NCBI GenBank assembly: GCA_951406725.2
Contig: OX597818.1
Span: 9,362,001 to 9,426,000 of the forward strand
Reading direction: 5' to 3'
Source: Octopus vulgaris
Taxonomy: Eukaryota
DNA length: 64,000 nt
The notes beneath the pieces were generated by a model that worked only from the letters and a program-made list of their open reading frames with translations, was not told the DNA's origin and did not search any database. The translations under genes were made by a program, and so were the position numbers. Shown piece after piece: positions 1 to 14,320 of the stretch. Numbering within the stretch: the stretch's first letter is position 1; each line of letters starts with the position of its first letter.

Positions 1-469
1 CCTTGACTGATCATGGACGACTAACTGAACGACTAACTGGATCTGTCCTATCAAACGCCACAAGATAGTGAAGTTATATCATCCTACGTGAACAGGTTCT
101 ACAGGCACTCGATCACTGCTCTGGCAATGGACGAGTAGCTACAGAACAGTTTCGCCGTTCAAATGTATCTCAGACAAACAAAGTTGACGACAATTCAATG
201 CCTGTACAGTTTATACCTTGTACTGGCAATACTATTCCGGACTAATTTTGGTTCCTATAACATATTATTTCCCTACAGTGGGACATTATTACGGTAACTC
301 ATTCACATATACCGATTCAAATCTTTTACATCCGTATTCATGTGGGGTGCTCCTCAATGTCTGTAGTTTCCGCTGCATTGATTCTGTAGCCAGTATATGT
401 ACAGGGTACGACAGATACAAAATTGATAATCTGATAGGCGCCTATTTAGTCTGACGATCGAGCAGATGA

Positions 470-850
470 CGCAGTCCAATGCAGCGAAACAACCCCTGAA
501 AATGAGGGAAAAGATCGGACGTTCCGATGATCTCTAGTCGCAGACATAAACCTGTGTCTCCTGGGCCATAAACCCAAATGCATGGTCTTTGCTGCTTGTC
601 ACACCTTCAGAAATAGTTTGCTTTCTGAATACAGGAAGATGGATTATATTGCAGGAGCCATACCTTGCACCCACCCGCCAAAAATAAATAAAAAAAAAAG
701 CAGAAAATGTTTCCGGCAGACGTGTATATACGTACAACTCGCAGATCCCAAAATTGGACGTGAAGATACTTGCCTGACGAAATTCTTGCCTCACTGATAG
801 CCTCCATATCTATGTCGATCGGCGTGAGATAAAAATTCCCTTCCATCATC
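470..850 (+). pseudogene. possible decayed tyrosine-recombinase (DIRS-like) fragment
   Basis: Translation INLCLLGHKPKCMVFAACHTFRNSL and SCLTDSLHIYVDRR loosely resembles DIRS YR motifs (LKLLTLKTVFLLALASARRVSEL; LCPVRALxxYxDRT). Heavily degraded, judged by eye. Confidence 0.25.
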
Positions 851-1149
851 CACTATTGTAGCCCTATTTCTTAGTAGACTTCAGGCTACATGTATTTGCA
901 TTACCCATTTTGTGTAGGGTCATGTGAAATAAGTGAAACGAATCACTTACCTTATTCGTGCAGAAGGATAAACGTACCCTCCTTTCGGCTAATTGTGAAC
1001 GCTTTCTCGAGGATGTGTTTTATAGTGATTTGTTAATATTTCTTCAGAAACCTTGTATTCCAGCAACGCTGTTGTTTTTGAAACGTTTCTACATATTATG
1101 GGTTTTTCTATGCTATTTGTCCTTACGGTATATTTATCGTGTATAATGA

Positions 1150-2900
1150 TTGTACATTGATATATTTAATTCGCTCCTTTTTCATTGTTTGTGCCCGTGG
1201 TCATGTTGATAAATTGTTTTTTTCTTTTTATGTTGAGGATGGTGTTCTTGCTGTTAGTGTGGGTTGATAGTGATTGTGATGCTGTTGTAGTTAGCCTTGG
1301 TACATCGACGCTCAAATTCATCTCCCAGGCTCATTCAAATTGTAAAATAAGTTTATTCTTCCATTTCTACTGTGCACGTTTTACCATTTATAGTATGCTT
1401 TGTCACCTTCATCACAGGACATTTGTTCGTGTTTCCGGATTACGAGATGCTTGTTTTTGGTGGGATTGTTGATTGTTGTTCTTTTTATTGATGTTTGTAC
1501 GGGTTGGGCTTTCGTGGTTATTGTCTCTGTTACTGTCAATAAGGTGGCAGTTGATTGCAGTATTTTTGTTGTGTTTGTTGTCGATGCTGTTATTGCTGTT
1601 GTAGGTGTTGCATCTGTTCTTGCAGCTAGTGTTGCAGTTACTTTTGCTGGTGTTGCAATTACTGCTGCTGGTGCAATTGTTACAGTTGAGGTCGCTGTTG
1701 ATTTTGTAATATTAACAGTAATAGAACCTTTCATCCAGCTGTCACGTTCTATTGTTGACTCAGAAAACCTTGAGAAAATCAGTATTTCTAGATTTGAGGC
1801 ATCTCTGACTTCTCGATTCTTCTAAAACTGCAGTTGCTACCATCCTGAGATTTCTGTTAGAACATTGATACTGTCCTTTCCGACCTTATATTTCTCTCGG
1901 AACCCTTTCATTTTTGGCAATGTGCTAAAGTTCTTCAACAAAACACATTTCGCACACCACACCTGGTGGTATTTCTATAAGTTTCAATGTCCTCATTCTC
2001 CGTCGCAGGTAAATTGGTATCTGTATAAAATCCTTTTAGCGTGAGTTGGTGAACTGCTTCAGCATGAGGGTCCCCGAGTTAAAGTTCCTTTCTTTAAAAC
2101 CATACAAGCTGACACCTGTAACTAACTTCATATCTCCCCACATGCTTTCGAAGCATAGTTCAGTTTGTTCTGGAGAGTTTCGCGCTATTCTATGTCTCAT
2201 TAACATTCATTTGACCACCGTCGTTCTTCCCTCTGTTCGCTGCAGGGTCTACTGTGGTATCATGAGTGTAACTTTCCATCTTAGTCTGTTGAGGCTTAAC
2301 AGTAAATTAAACTTTTGAAATGCCGTTTTTCTGTCCTTCCACTGTTAGCGTTTTTACCTTTGTGAATGTAGCTACTACGGTTAACGATAATTTCTAGTGT
2401 ATTAGTAGAAGCTATGTTGGCATAACTATGGTTTGTTGTTACAGTGATAGTAGCGGTAGCACTGACTTTCTCTCTCCTGCGATTAATGTTTCACTATCAC
2501 ACGCATTACTGCTGCCACAACTGTTGGGATTTAGCGGGGGGCTGCTGTTGTTGCTGCTGTTGTTTTTGCTGTTGCTCTTGCTGTTGCTCTTGCTGCTGTT
2601 GTTTTCAATGTTGCTGTTGTTGCCACTGATCGTATTGTTGCTGCTGTTGTTGTTGCTGTAGATTCTAACTGATAATGCTATTGATCATTACTACGCATGT
2701 GATGTTGTATGGTGTTAGAGGTGTTGACTGCGAAGGAAAATTCCATAGTCAAAATTCCTTTCCATCTTCCACTCTTGCTAACTCGCCAGGAAGACGAAAG
2801 TATGGAAGTCACTTTGAAAATGCTGCCAAAAAGTTTTTCTTTCAAAATTTTGCCCTTGGGACGAGTAACAAATTTGATCGGTTAGTCTCTTATATCGGCT
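1150..2900 (-). mobile_element. decayed LINE ORF1/gag-like relic with Thr/Ala-rich low-complexity tracts
   Basis: Broken reading frames (GDMKLVTGVSLYGFKERNFNSGT; YRNTTRCGAKC, knuckle-like) flanked by ACA/GCA-rich tracts. Similar organisation to 21640-23280. Confidence 0.3.
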
Positions 2901-3369
2901 TCTAAACAAGAGAAAACACTAAAATTATTACATACAACTATACTTAAAGTATATAGTCTCATATTTACCTGAAAGACTGTTATTTGGGTGGCGGAGAATA
3001 CTCACTCAAAGCGCCGGGTGTTAAAACACTGCTTCTATTTCATATTTGAATTTATTCTTACGTAGACATTGCCCGGGAATGTCCGCACATAGTTTGCCCG
3101 CTATATGCATGTAAGTCGGGACAGTCGATATGATTTATCTCTGAAACTGTTCGACTACATGGTATTGATAAGCCATAAAAATGGTGAAACGTTGATGTGC
3201 ATCACTTCTGAATGGGATTAGTGATAAGTTATCTCGCCTGTCCGAGACTTTCAGGTGAGTGAATACCCGACACTTTGATAGAGTATTCTTCATAAAACCA
3301 AACATCAGCCTTACCGGCAGATATACGCTATGTGGCGCTTAAGAATATACCGTTGATAATGTTTATATA

Positions 3370-3487
3370 TATACGACTGTTTCCGTCCACCAAATCCAAC
3401 TACAAGACATTGGTTGGTCCGAGACTATAGTAGAAGCCTGCCCAAGGTGTCAGGTACTGGCCTGGGAAGGAAATATCATACCACATA
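3370..3487 (-). mobile_element. degenerate fragment of tRNA-derived SINE family A
   Basis: Reverse complement matches the CCTTGGGCA..CTTCTACTATAG..GGATTTGGTxGACGGAAAC core of the copy at 39372-39780. Confidence 0.65.
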
Positions 3488-5353
3488 TTCATGCGTATTA
3501 TTGTAATGAATCGTACTTAACTTCAGGAAATATATTGAAATATGTAAAAGATTAAGAACTTTCCATGAATTCATAAAAAGAATTAGGCAAATTAGATAAA
3601 TCTACTGGAAGAAGGAAATTAACTAAAACTGAAAGTATTAAGCTCGATCGGGAAATTAGTCCAGAACGACTCATGCAAATACATGGAAACAGAAGAACCT
3701 ACTCTAACAGAACATATAGAAAAGAAGGAAAAATTAGGAAAGACTACTTCAGAGAATTCACATTAATATTTATAACTCAATTCAACATTAGAAAATAGAA
3801 AATAGGCAAAAATACAATAGCATCCACAATTATAAACTACAGCTTGAGTAAAAAATGAAATGGAATTTAAATAAATTGAAGCGTAGGGACAGAAGAACCA
3901 GAAAAATATTAAAAGCGTCCTGAAACCACCGATCAGAAGCTATCGAAAGTTCATGCATGCACACAACAAAGATATTGTAAAGTACAAATAGAAAATAAAA
4001 TTTAAAAAGCAACCGTAAGATTAAGAAAGCTGTTTGGAACAAGCGAAAAGAAAAACACTCTTTTGCTTAAAAGTAACTTCTAAATTACAAACTAGGATAT
4101 GAATACATTACAATATATTTAGATTAAAGAATACAGCTAAAACTTTCTTATAAACATCAACTAAAAACAGCAATCCTAACTAAACCAAATTTAAAGCGAA
4201 AAACGTTTCTGTGTTCAATATACTGTAAGACGAAACAAAGATATCAATCCAAAGTTAAAACTAGTAATCATTGGTGTTTGGGCAAAAATAACAGAACTTT
4301 ATGCCCAGATTTTGCAGAATAGGACAAACGTGAAGCCACGAACTACGTATATAAAACAGTGCATGCGTTTCAAAGTGAAAACAAACATGTTGATTCATCA
4401 GCACTGAACTCGCTCACAACCAGTTGAAATCGGTCAAAATCTCAAGATCAACTCAACAAATCTGTCTACGCCAATCAACACCTGGAATTAAAAAAAATAT
4501 GCTCCCTGAAGAATGTTTAGATTCTTTTAAATTAAATTTTTTCCATAGTGGAAATGGAGAATTTTTGAAAATGGAAATAAAGAGGGGGTTGATATGCAAT
4601 TAAAACAATATCAATAATAACTGTGACACTCTGTATGAAACAAATTGTGAATAAAAATTACGCACTTTTGAAAAGTTGACTTGTGAGGCTTAGCTCACAT
4701 ACTTTCACTTTTAGTTGAAAAGCACTACTCGTACTGCACATAGTACACACCCGATATAATAACCACCAAATCAAAAAACACAGCACATGTTCTGAGAATC
4801 ATCTTTAAACCACATAATATAGCACAAACTAAAAAAGAAATAAACCCTCATGCAAATTATAAAAGACATGGAATCGAAATAAGGGGCAAGTGTGATATCC
4901 ACCCCGATTAAAAATTATAGGTGAAAATTACCTACCATCTTGAAAAAACATGCACGATTACATGTGACACTTATTGCGCCAGTTTGCAATATGAGAAGTT
5001 TGGGAGGAGCAGAGTCGTATGATGCACGCACCTAGTCTAGATGCCGTCATTTCATCTATGGTGGATGGCTGGCCATATTTGTGTCATGTATTTTTCATTT
5101 CAATCTTATTGATTATATTATGTTTATATATCTATATTCTTATTCTTCTCTCATGTTTATATATTCAATCAACTATTTTGTAGAAGTGAAAAAATTATTT
5201 CTTCTCAATATATCGTATTATGTATGTCCTTCCCTCACTTTTATATAATTTACTCTGTATATCCCTACAGTTTTGGCAACAGGCTTGGTATTTTTCGCAT
5301 AAATGAATGGACTAAGGTGGCAATAAAATAAATTATCGTTGATGTTGTTGTTG

Positions 5354-5364
5354 TTATTATTATA

Positions 5365-5418
<54 letters not shown>

Positions 5419-5438
5419 GTTATTATTATTATTATTAT
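5354..5438. repeat. (ATT)n microsatellite
   Basis: Direct inspection. Confidence 0.95.
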
Positions 5439-7879
5439 AGCAGCTTCACGATACAAAAGAAAAGAGATTATTATGAGTTCCCTTTGCAAGCCTGCTATAC
5501 ATTACTCAGAGATAAATATCTCTAAATGGCAATTGAACATTCTTTTGGTACAGTATGTTTAATACTCTAGTATAGAGAATTATAGTGAATAATATTCATT
5601 GGTACATTTACTCCAAGTCAGAAATAGAAGTTATCACACTGCTTAAGTTCAAATGCCAACAAAGGTTTGTAAATATTCCAGAAGAAATATTTAATCTTCA
5701 TTAACAAAAGATTTTTAAATATAGCAAAGATGGCAGCCATTTTAACTTCCATCAATAACTAAACAAAACAGTTATTTCTATATAGCTCTTTGCTTTTCCA
5801 TAAATGCCTTTGAGATATAAATTTTGAATGGAGAAATGGTGTTTGTTTGGAATCATTTAATTCATGAATATTCATTCTGACATTTACAGCTTTCAAATTT
5901 AAATATTTCTTACTTTTCATTTAGATATTGATAGATTTATACAAAGTTAACTGCACTGAAATTTATATATAACTGACTGGAGTTATAAACATTATATGAA
6001 ACATACAACAACAACGTAGTTCTACTACTACTGCTGCTACTACTATTACCATCACCACTACTATCACTACTGTTAATAATAATGACAACAACAATAGTAA
6101 TAATATTCATAATAATAATAACAACAACAACAAAATCTACAAGACCATTAATAACAATGACAACGACGTCACATATCATTGGCAACAATAATATAATTAT
6201 CAAAATCATCGTCGTTGTCGTCGTCGTCGTCGTCCTCCTCCTCCTCCTCCTCATCATCATCATCATCATCGTTATCATCATCATCGCCATCTTCATTTTG
6301 TTCCACTATTAACAAAAGCAGGAGTATTACTGATATCAATAACAAAAACATTTGCGAATACATGATTGCTATATTAGAATTTGTTATGATTTAGAGTGAA
6401 ACATAAATAAGGTTAGAAATATTCAGCCGTTTATGACGATGAAAGAATTCATAGTATTGAATTATTAATTTATACTTATTTTCATAGAGGAACGTACACA
6501 CACGCAGAAATACTCACACCCACTCGCAATAACCTGTATACCGGTGAGTGATTGCGTGTTGGGTAGAAAATTATAGCAGGTAGTTGTTTACGTGTGTTTA
6601 TACTAGTGCAAATTCAAATAACCGTGGATCTGTGTATATTTTTCAATCTTTAGATATCTGTCTCATGAGAAGCTCTAAGTTATGACAGTTAAATGGAAAC
6701 ATCAAATAGTTGTGATTGATTGTGTGCATATGAGTGCGCGTGTAAGAGAGATGAGAGACAGAGAGCGTGTGTGTCTATGTACGTGTGCGCGCGATGCATG
6801 TGCGTGTCTGCATGTGTGTGTGTGTGTGTGTGTGTGTTGTAATCAATAATTAGGATTTTAAAGAAATATATCAGCGTCATTGTACTTGAGAAAGAACGAT
6901 GGCAGAATATATTTCCACGTTCAAGTGTTCTGGTTTAACATTTAAGTAAGATCATCATTATATAGATTTTTGCACCAAGGATATAAGAGGATGAGTCAGA
7001 AAGTAATGCATTTTTTTAAAATTTTCATTACAATTTGACTCACAATAGTATGTACAAGGATAAGTCAAAAGCAAATGCAAAAACAAAAAAATTGCATTAA
7101 TATCTTATTCATAGTTTAGCATCAAACTGAATGTAGCTATTGCATCGATATCATTCTTATAATGGTTATACAGAAAATATTTTGTAACCCGAGTTTGAAG
7201 GGCTTAGGTAGTCATATTGACCCAACTAATTTGATTCGGTATTTATTTTGCTGACCAGGTTTCTGAATCGCTGCATGATATTTAAAAAGGAAACACAGGA
7301 TACACGAGATAAACATCACTTTTTGGGGTTTATTATATACATGCGTAAAAATAAACACATGCATATGTACATACACATACAGATAAATGGATAGATACAT
7401 AGATAAATGTATAAATTAATGAGTAGATAATAGCTTTCTGCACATATTCCACCTCCTAAATTTCTGTCCCAAACTAGATTTTTTTTTCTTTTTGAAGATT
7501 AAGTATCAATTTAGATTTTTCTACACAACTGTTTTGTCGGCAAGTATTACCAGTTAATTAGATAAGGTTTTAGTTTCGGAAAGTACCATCACTCAGCGAA
7601 TTTTAAAGATAACAATGAAGTGTTTAATTTTATGTACGTTGTCGAGTGTTAATGAATTGGGGTTAGTCAATGTGCATATGATTCCCCAAGGTGATGTGTA
7701 GAAACAAATGGTGGAAGCTAACAAAAACCTCAACGATCTTTTTAATGGTTTACGCTTTTACTGCATTTATTACATAGGTTATTGGCTCTAGCTATCGCTA
7801 TCTTGTTCCAAAATTTGTCAGTTTCAGGCTCTCATTGTTTACTTTCAAATGCTAAAGAGTGATACTGTTTGGAAGTCAC

Positions 7880-8560
7880 CATTGCTAGAGTCATGGGTCA
7901 AACGTAAACCAGTTGCCCGACAGTTTAGAACATCTAAATAGTATCTTTCAGAGGACCTTCGGTTCGAAGATCATGGTCAATTTCCAAAAGTCTTTGGCTG
8001 GGGAGTGTTACGGAGGGGCATTGCCCGTTCGAATCAGGCTTGGAAGTGCCAAAAGCCGAACCTGCTTGAGATGCTTGCTGGGGGACGAAACTGTCGTGCA
8101 TGCAATAATTCTGTGTCCATAAATTAGGAAGTTGGGAGATTGTGTAGAGCAGCTGTTGTCGCGTGTAAAACTAATTCAGCTGTCTGCCGAGTGCATATTG
8201 AAGATTGACGCACCACCTTTCCTTAGCAGAGAAAGAAGGCAGACCTTTCTCTGGTTAGTGGCTGTGGCAAAAGAGGCTGTGTGGTGGACCCGTCTGAAAG
8301 GTTTGAAGACAGACCTATTCTTATCTGGTCAAGTCCTTATCAATTTCTTCAAGTTTCATTTGAAGAGGAAGGTGAGGGTAGAGAGAGCCTTGTAGTGTGT
8401 TTATCAATAGGTGGTCGACAGTTGCAAGACTCTTGAGACTGAATGGATCTAGTCTGAATATGTTTTTCAAAGCAGAAGGAAACAAACTGAAAGAGGGCAC
8501 TTTCCCATGTAATGCGAAATTTTTGTTTGGGGTTTACTGCGAATTACACTGAGTAGACTG
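7880..8560 (+). mobile_element. 3' fragment of L1/Tx1-type LINE (zf-RVT region of ORF2)
   Basis: ORFs 7913-8122 and 8132-8395 encode FQKSLAGECYGGALPVRIRL...CLRCLLGDETVVHAIILCP, the CxxC-x-ET-xxH-xxxxC zinc-binding motif downstream of RT, followed by the typical helical C-terminus. One stop interrupts it. Confidence 0.75.
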
Positions 8561-8686
8561 CTCCGCTATTGGGGATTCTATCTATCAATTTATCTATTAT
8601 TTATTTCTCTACTTTCTATTATATATCCTCTGTTATATCATTTAATGCCGTAGTATCTCCCTCTCATACGATTGCTAGCTTGCAAG

Positions 8687-10200
8687 TAGTGAATAAAAAA
8701 GGTGAAGGAAAAGTTCCGGGGATCGTTTTAGAGCATTATTATATGAAACAAACCACTGATAAAAATGGAGTACCAATAAAAGGATACAGGAAAAAGGACA
8801 ACCGAAACTCAGAGCAAAGGATATACGTCCAGGACAAAAGGATAAGCGAAAAGAGTTGGTTAACTGATATAAAACTGGAAATAATTCAGAACATAGCATC
8901 GTAAGAGAGCGTCAATGCAGAAGACAATTGCAGTGGTAATAAAGAAGAGGTGACCGAGGTCAGTACAGCACCTCAGATTGCAGAAGATGCAAATCAGTCT
9001 GCTCGACTAGCCATCGGTAACGGACAAAGCTGTCACAGATTAAGAGAAAAGTCGTAGAGTTATTGAAGACGGACAGCTTTGGTGTGGTACTTGATTTTGA
9101 GAAAGTATACCAATAGAAAGTGATGTAGGAACAGGAAAAGTAAGCAAGAACTTAAAGTATATACACACAAACAATATCATGGAAAGTAATAGATTTATAA
9201 AGTCAAACATTATATACAGTGTTAACAGAAAATATGTGTATGGCTTGAGGTGTCCACTAACAAACAGAAATAGACAAAAAAGAAGGATGAACAATGCAAC
9301 ATGGTGGAATTGAAGGAGCCTTAGAGACTTTAAAAGTGTGCACAGTGTTCTGTTAGTACTAGATGGAAGAAGGAAAGAAGTATGCCGTGTCGAAAGACAT
9401 GCATGCCACTGATTTCAAAGGGTTGTCTGCTGTAATCAAGGAACTAATTTTGTGTAAACCAAGGCAGCGAAAAATCACTTTACATGATAAAATAATCAAA
9501 TAGTATCACCAAAATAGTCTTTCAAGGCAGAGAAAAATATATATTCTTAGGAAAGAAAGAAGCAGACATGATATATGCATTCCAAATGCAGGGGAAACTA
9601 AACGATTTTGCAACAAGATATTTGGGAAGGAGGAATAAAACACTAACGCAGGATGGCTATGCAACAGGAAAAAAATTAAAACCATATAAATCCTCTGGAA
9701 GAAGATATTAAAATAAACAAAGGAAGTGTTCAACGCATAAGTAGAAACACAAGTAACTGAAAATTGCCAACCCAGATACATTTCAGGGCTATTGGATGAA
9801 GAAATTTACTGTATCTCGTGAAATGATAATCGAAAATCCCGGGTTGGTTGACCAGAAGCGGAAAGATGCAAGAAAGAATTATCAAGAGGAAACACTGTTG
9901 CTAACCTCAGGCTAACATCCTATCTGCCGAACCAGTGTACTAGTAGGTGCAATGTAAGAGTTCATGGACTGCATGCTAATGGAAGAGCAAAAAGGGTACA
10001 AGTGATGATGCAAGGGAATTAAACACGCAAAACGAATGCAAAACGTGTAAATCGAACTTAGAGACTACAAGATTTGAAATAATACGTTGACTCCTCATTC
10101 GTAGATAGGGGATTGTTTGGAAATGTTTGGAATCCTGCTGAATATGATATTGAGCAGATCTCCAAGTTAAGTATAGATAGATGATTAGTGAACTCACATG
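8687..10200 (+). mobile_element. decayed R4/Dong-like (RLE-type) non-LTR retrotransposon, N-terminal to RT region
   Basis: Fragments IVLEHYYM..GYRK, SEQRIYVQDKRISEKSWLTDIKLEIIQ and PNAGETKRFCNKIFGKEExNTNAGWL resemble R4-clade motifs (VMECYY..GYRKR; TEQRLCDQxRxIxKNGWLTxLELE; PxAEESxxFWxxIW..HNxNAEWL). Many stops. Confidence 0.6.
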
Positions 10201-10418
10201 TGAAAGGCTTATTTTTAATTCAAAGATGGCATCTTCCGAGAAGATATACTGTCACCAGTGAATTAGTCTTGTGAAAGATGTTTTTCCGATTTATTCAAAA
10301 GAAGCATTACATTCAGCTTCAAGTTCTTAAATTTTGATATTCTGATTGAATACATAGACATAGGCATACACAAGCACAAACATACACACACATACTCTCT
10401 CACACACATACACACACA

Positions 10419-10437
10419 AATATATATATGCCTATAG

Positions 10438-10476
<39 letters not shown>

Positions 10477-10491
10477 TGCATATATGTATGC

Positions 10492-10562
<71 letters not shown>

Positions 10563-10596
10563 CATACATATGTATCTATATATCTATCAATCTATC

Positions 10597-10679
<83 letters not shown>

Positions 10680-10740
10680 TATACATAGATATATATATGT
10701 GTATGTATGTGTGTATGTATATATATACGTATGTGTGAGT
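10419..10740. repeat. compound (TA)n/(TG)n microsatellite
   Basis: Direct inspection. Source of the spurious YIYIYI ORFs. Confidence 0.95.
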
Positions 10741-11895
10741 GTATTAATATATGGTCATGTTACTGTAAAATAGGAAACAGCAGTTATTCACATTATCAGC
10801 ACACTTCATTTATCTCCTTATCTCTTTTTAAAAAGCTCTCTTTCACTTGAATCAATTCAGTGTGTCTTTTCACTTCATTTCCAGTTGAAAGATTTCCTCT
10901 AAATCCATGAATTGAAATAAAACAAAATTAGGATGTAGCCGTCTGTATATCATAGTTAATGTGAATACACAGCAAAAACTCAAATTTACTATGGTACAAC
11001 GGTACATATCCAGGGATAATACTCTTATGAATACACTGTGCCTATAAAACACTCTAGCAAACGAAACTATTACAACAACGGCGTTGAAAATGGTGGATGT
11101 ACATTTCTGCCTCTTTGGGCTTTCTTAGTAGCATTTACTCACTCACAAACGGATTCTAAGAGAAAATCAGTCACCAGTAGTGTAGGAAAATCGTGATTCA
11201 AATATCGCTGCAGCTGGGATTAACTGACGCGTTGAATAAGAATCTGCTATATGCAATTTAAGGAGTATTAAATACAAATAGCTATCCCCGTCTAATAGTT
11301 AATGCTGCTACATCGCGAAATGGAAATTTACCTCACTATAGGTTCAGCTATAATGTCCTTAATACCACTATGTTTATAAACGCAAAAATAGCAACTATAT
11401 ATCAATAACAGACGGAAATTATCTTTTAGCTGCGGTGAGGAAGTTAGAATTCCATTACATTTAGAATACCGCAGCAAATTTGCTGCTTAGAGATGTATCT
11501 ACGTTGAGTGTGGTGCACTGATGGCTTTTGTAATCCGATACTGCTTATGCTGCCTATAAAGCATTTTTCTTCAGCTGGGCAACTAATTCCAACATCAGTG
11601 ATATTTTAATCGCTATTTTCAGCAGTGACGGAATATATATAAGCATGCAATTAGCAGTGATTAAAATCTACCAGTAAAGTCCAATGAGGGAGAAGTGTAA
11701 CAGTAGATTCACTTCATAACTGGTTATTTTAAACAAATGCTGCTTTTGCTCTTTGTAACAGATTTTAGTTCGGGATGTGAATGCGAATATTTATATTTAG
11801 CCTCACTAATGTGAGAGTGTCTCTTAAAAATATTGCTTTCTAATTACTTACCTACATATAATTTTAGGATTTCCAATAGCGACTTTTAACTAATT

Positions 11896-11941
<46 letters not shown>

Positions 11942-12345
11942 ACACGCGTGCACACATACACACGTACACATATGCATCCATGTACGTATATACATATATA
12001 TGTGTGTGTGTGTGTACATATATATATACGTGTGTGTGGGTGAGTGTGTGTGTATATATATATATATATACGCACCCACCCACACACACGTATATATATG
12101 TATACACACACGCATACACATCCATATACACACACATATACATCCATGTCTGTGCATGTGAATGTGCATGTATGTGTTCGTATGTATGTACGAGTGAAAT
12201 ACGTTTTCGCCATTTTTATCGAAGGAATGTCTAACCCAATATTCTACTCGATATAATTTATAGTTCTTTCGACTCCTAGATCCTCCATTAAAAAGTGATT
12301 CACTTTATATCTCGGAGACCATTTTAAACGGAAGCAAGTAAACAC

Positions 12346-12388
<43 letters not shown>

Positions 12389-12479
12389 ATGTGTGTGTGT
12401 GCGTGTGTGAGTGTGTGTGAACATGTGTTCGTGTGTGTGTGAGTATCTATCTATTTATACATTAATAATAAATATATAT

Positions 12480-12634
12480 AGTGTGTGTAGTAATATGCTT
12501 GCTTCTCAACCAAATTCTTCCGGGTTCAGTCCTACTGCGTAGCACCTTGGGTACCCGTCTTCTATTATAGCCTCGGGTGCTCAAAGCCCTCTCAGTTGAT
12601 TTGATAGGCGGAAATCTAAAGAAGCTTGTCGTAT

Positions 12635-12694
<60 letters not shown>

Positions 12695-12910
12695 GTGCAC
12701 GTGTGTGTGTCAACGTTTGTCCCCTGCCATCGCTTGACAATTGCTGTTGAAGTATTTACGTCGCTGTAACTTAGCATTTCGGCAAAAGAGATTGATAAAA
12801 TAAGAACTAAGCTTGCAAAGAATAAATCTTGGGGTCGATTTCTTCGGTTAGAAATCCTTTAAGACGGTACTCCAGCATGGCCGCAGTCAAATGACTGAAA
12901 GAACCAAAAG
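12480..12910 (+). mobile_element. tRNA-derived SINE family A
   Basis: B-box-like GGGTTCAGTCC, CACCTTGGG core, internal (TA)n, and 3' CTCCAGCATGGCCGCAGTCAAATGACTGAAA as in 39372-39780. Confidence 0.85.
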
Positions 12911-12949
12911 AACTGATATACAATATGAAGCAATACAGCATTCCTTTTT

Positions 12950-14200
12950 CTTCTTGGGAAAGCAATGCATCAAAACGCAGGACCTGGCGCCAGTTCTGTT
13001 TCTCCTGATTTCAAATTGAGCAAAGTCGACTCCAACAGCTGGAGTAACTTCGTGCAGGCTTTGAAGGCACGCTAGCAAAACTCTGTTCTTCTAAATTGAA
13101 ACCTTAACAGTCATTGTGATTTTGAGGTACGAAACAAAGCAAGCCCTACCGTCCACTCAAGAAAACACTCAGTAAATGATCCACAAGTACTCGAGCAAAC
13201 TGAGTACCGCCAAAAGGTTTGCAAGGCACCGGCATGCCTCAAGAGATACATTTTTATCCATAGAACATGATTACCGCTTTAATTTTCTGAACCCGCATTT
13301 ATCGTTCACTACAAAGACACTGACTCACACTCATACCATAACGTTTCTTCTTCTCACCTTACCCAAACCATGCTCTCCACCCCCTACTCCCAATTCTTCC
13401 GTCTACGCAGGCTCTACAGTGAAGACCGCAATTTCGAGACACAGTCTCAATTCATGGCTTTCCGCTTCATCTTATGTGGATATCCAGTCACATCTGCTCT
13501 TCCTCCTTGTACCCGTCTCCCGTTTCCACTCGCCTACCATCCCTCCACCCTACCCCTCCAATGCACCAGACTCCGAGCCCTCCCGTAACTCCAGTCGATC
13601 TCCTCCACCTCTCACATCTTCCCTAACCTCTCCTTCCCCTCCTTGAATTGAGCCCATAAACTGCGTGATCTGGTCTACAGTTTCTTCGTTTCTCCTGCCT
13701 CCCAATCTGGCTCCTTCCCTTGATCCCGCCCACGTTGTAGCACCTTCTCGTACCTCTCCTGCTCCACCGTCCTCACAGGCACCCATCACTCTCACTGTCC
13801 TTCCCTGTACATTGGTTAAACGGGACGCAATGATATCAAACTCAGCAATGACACCCTGGTCTCGCGCCATTTCCGTTCTACAGGTCATTCGCCAGAACAT
13901 TTGTCTGTTTTCGGTCTTTCTCTGCACAGGGGCCATCTGGACTACCGCCTTCGCCGTGGACAGAATTTAATGCTCTCTCTTCGATCCTTTGCGTTACATG
14001 GGCTCAACCCCCTCTCTTCATCTAACACAAACCTCACCTCCTCTCTTCATTTGACACCAATCTCAGACAGATTCCCATTCCCATCCCACACCCTCCACCC
14101 ACAAGTCTGCATACCACCCACCTCTATACCCTTTTTCTGGTTACTACACCTGTCTTCGTATTTGTTTTTCTCTAAATTTGAACTATATAATACATACACA
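12950..14200 (-). mobile_element. GC-richer decayed retroelement ORF1-like relic
   Basis: Purine-rich minus-strand ORF 13550-13936 (..VQGRTVRVMG..) and adjacent broken frames; composition differs from the flanks. Family unassigned. Confidence 0.3.
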
Positions 14201-14206
14201 CGCATC

Positions 14207-14242
<36 letters not shown>

Positions 14243-14243
14243 T

Positions 14244-14320
<77 letters not shown>
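14207..14320. repeat. (GATA)n microsatellite
   Basis: Direct inspection. Confidence 0.95.

Noticed and set aside
1381-2661. Mucin-like or membrane-protein host exons
   Set aside because: Low-complexity Thr/Ala tracts inside a decayed retroelement-like region, with stops and no convincing splice structure.
6983-7080. Mariner element at two TIR-like motifs (similar to the 56825 TIR)
   Set aside because: Both motifs are short, degraded and in the same orientation, with no transposase remnant.
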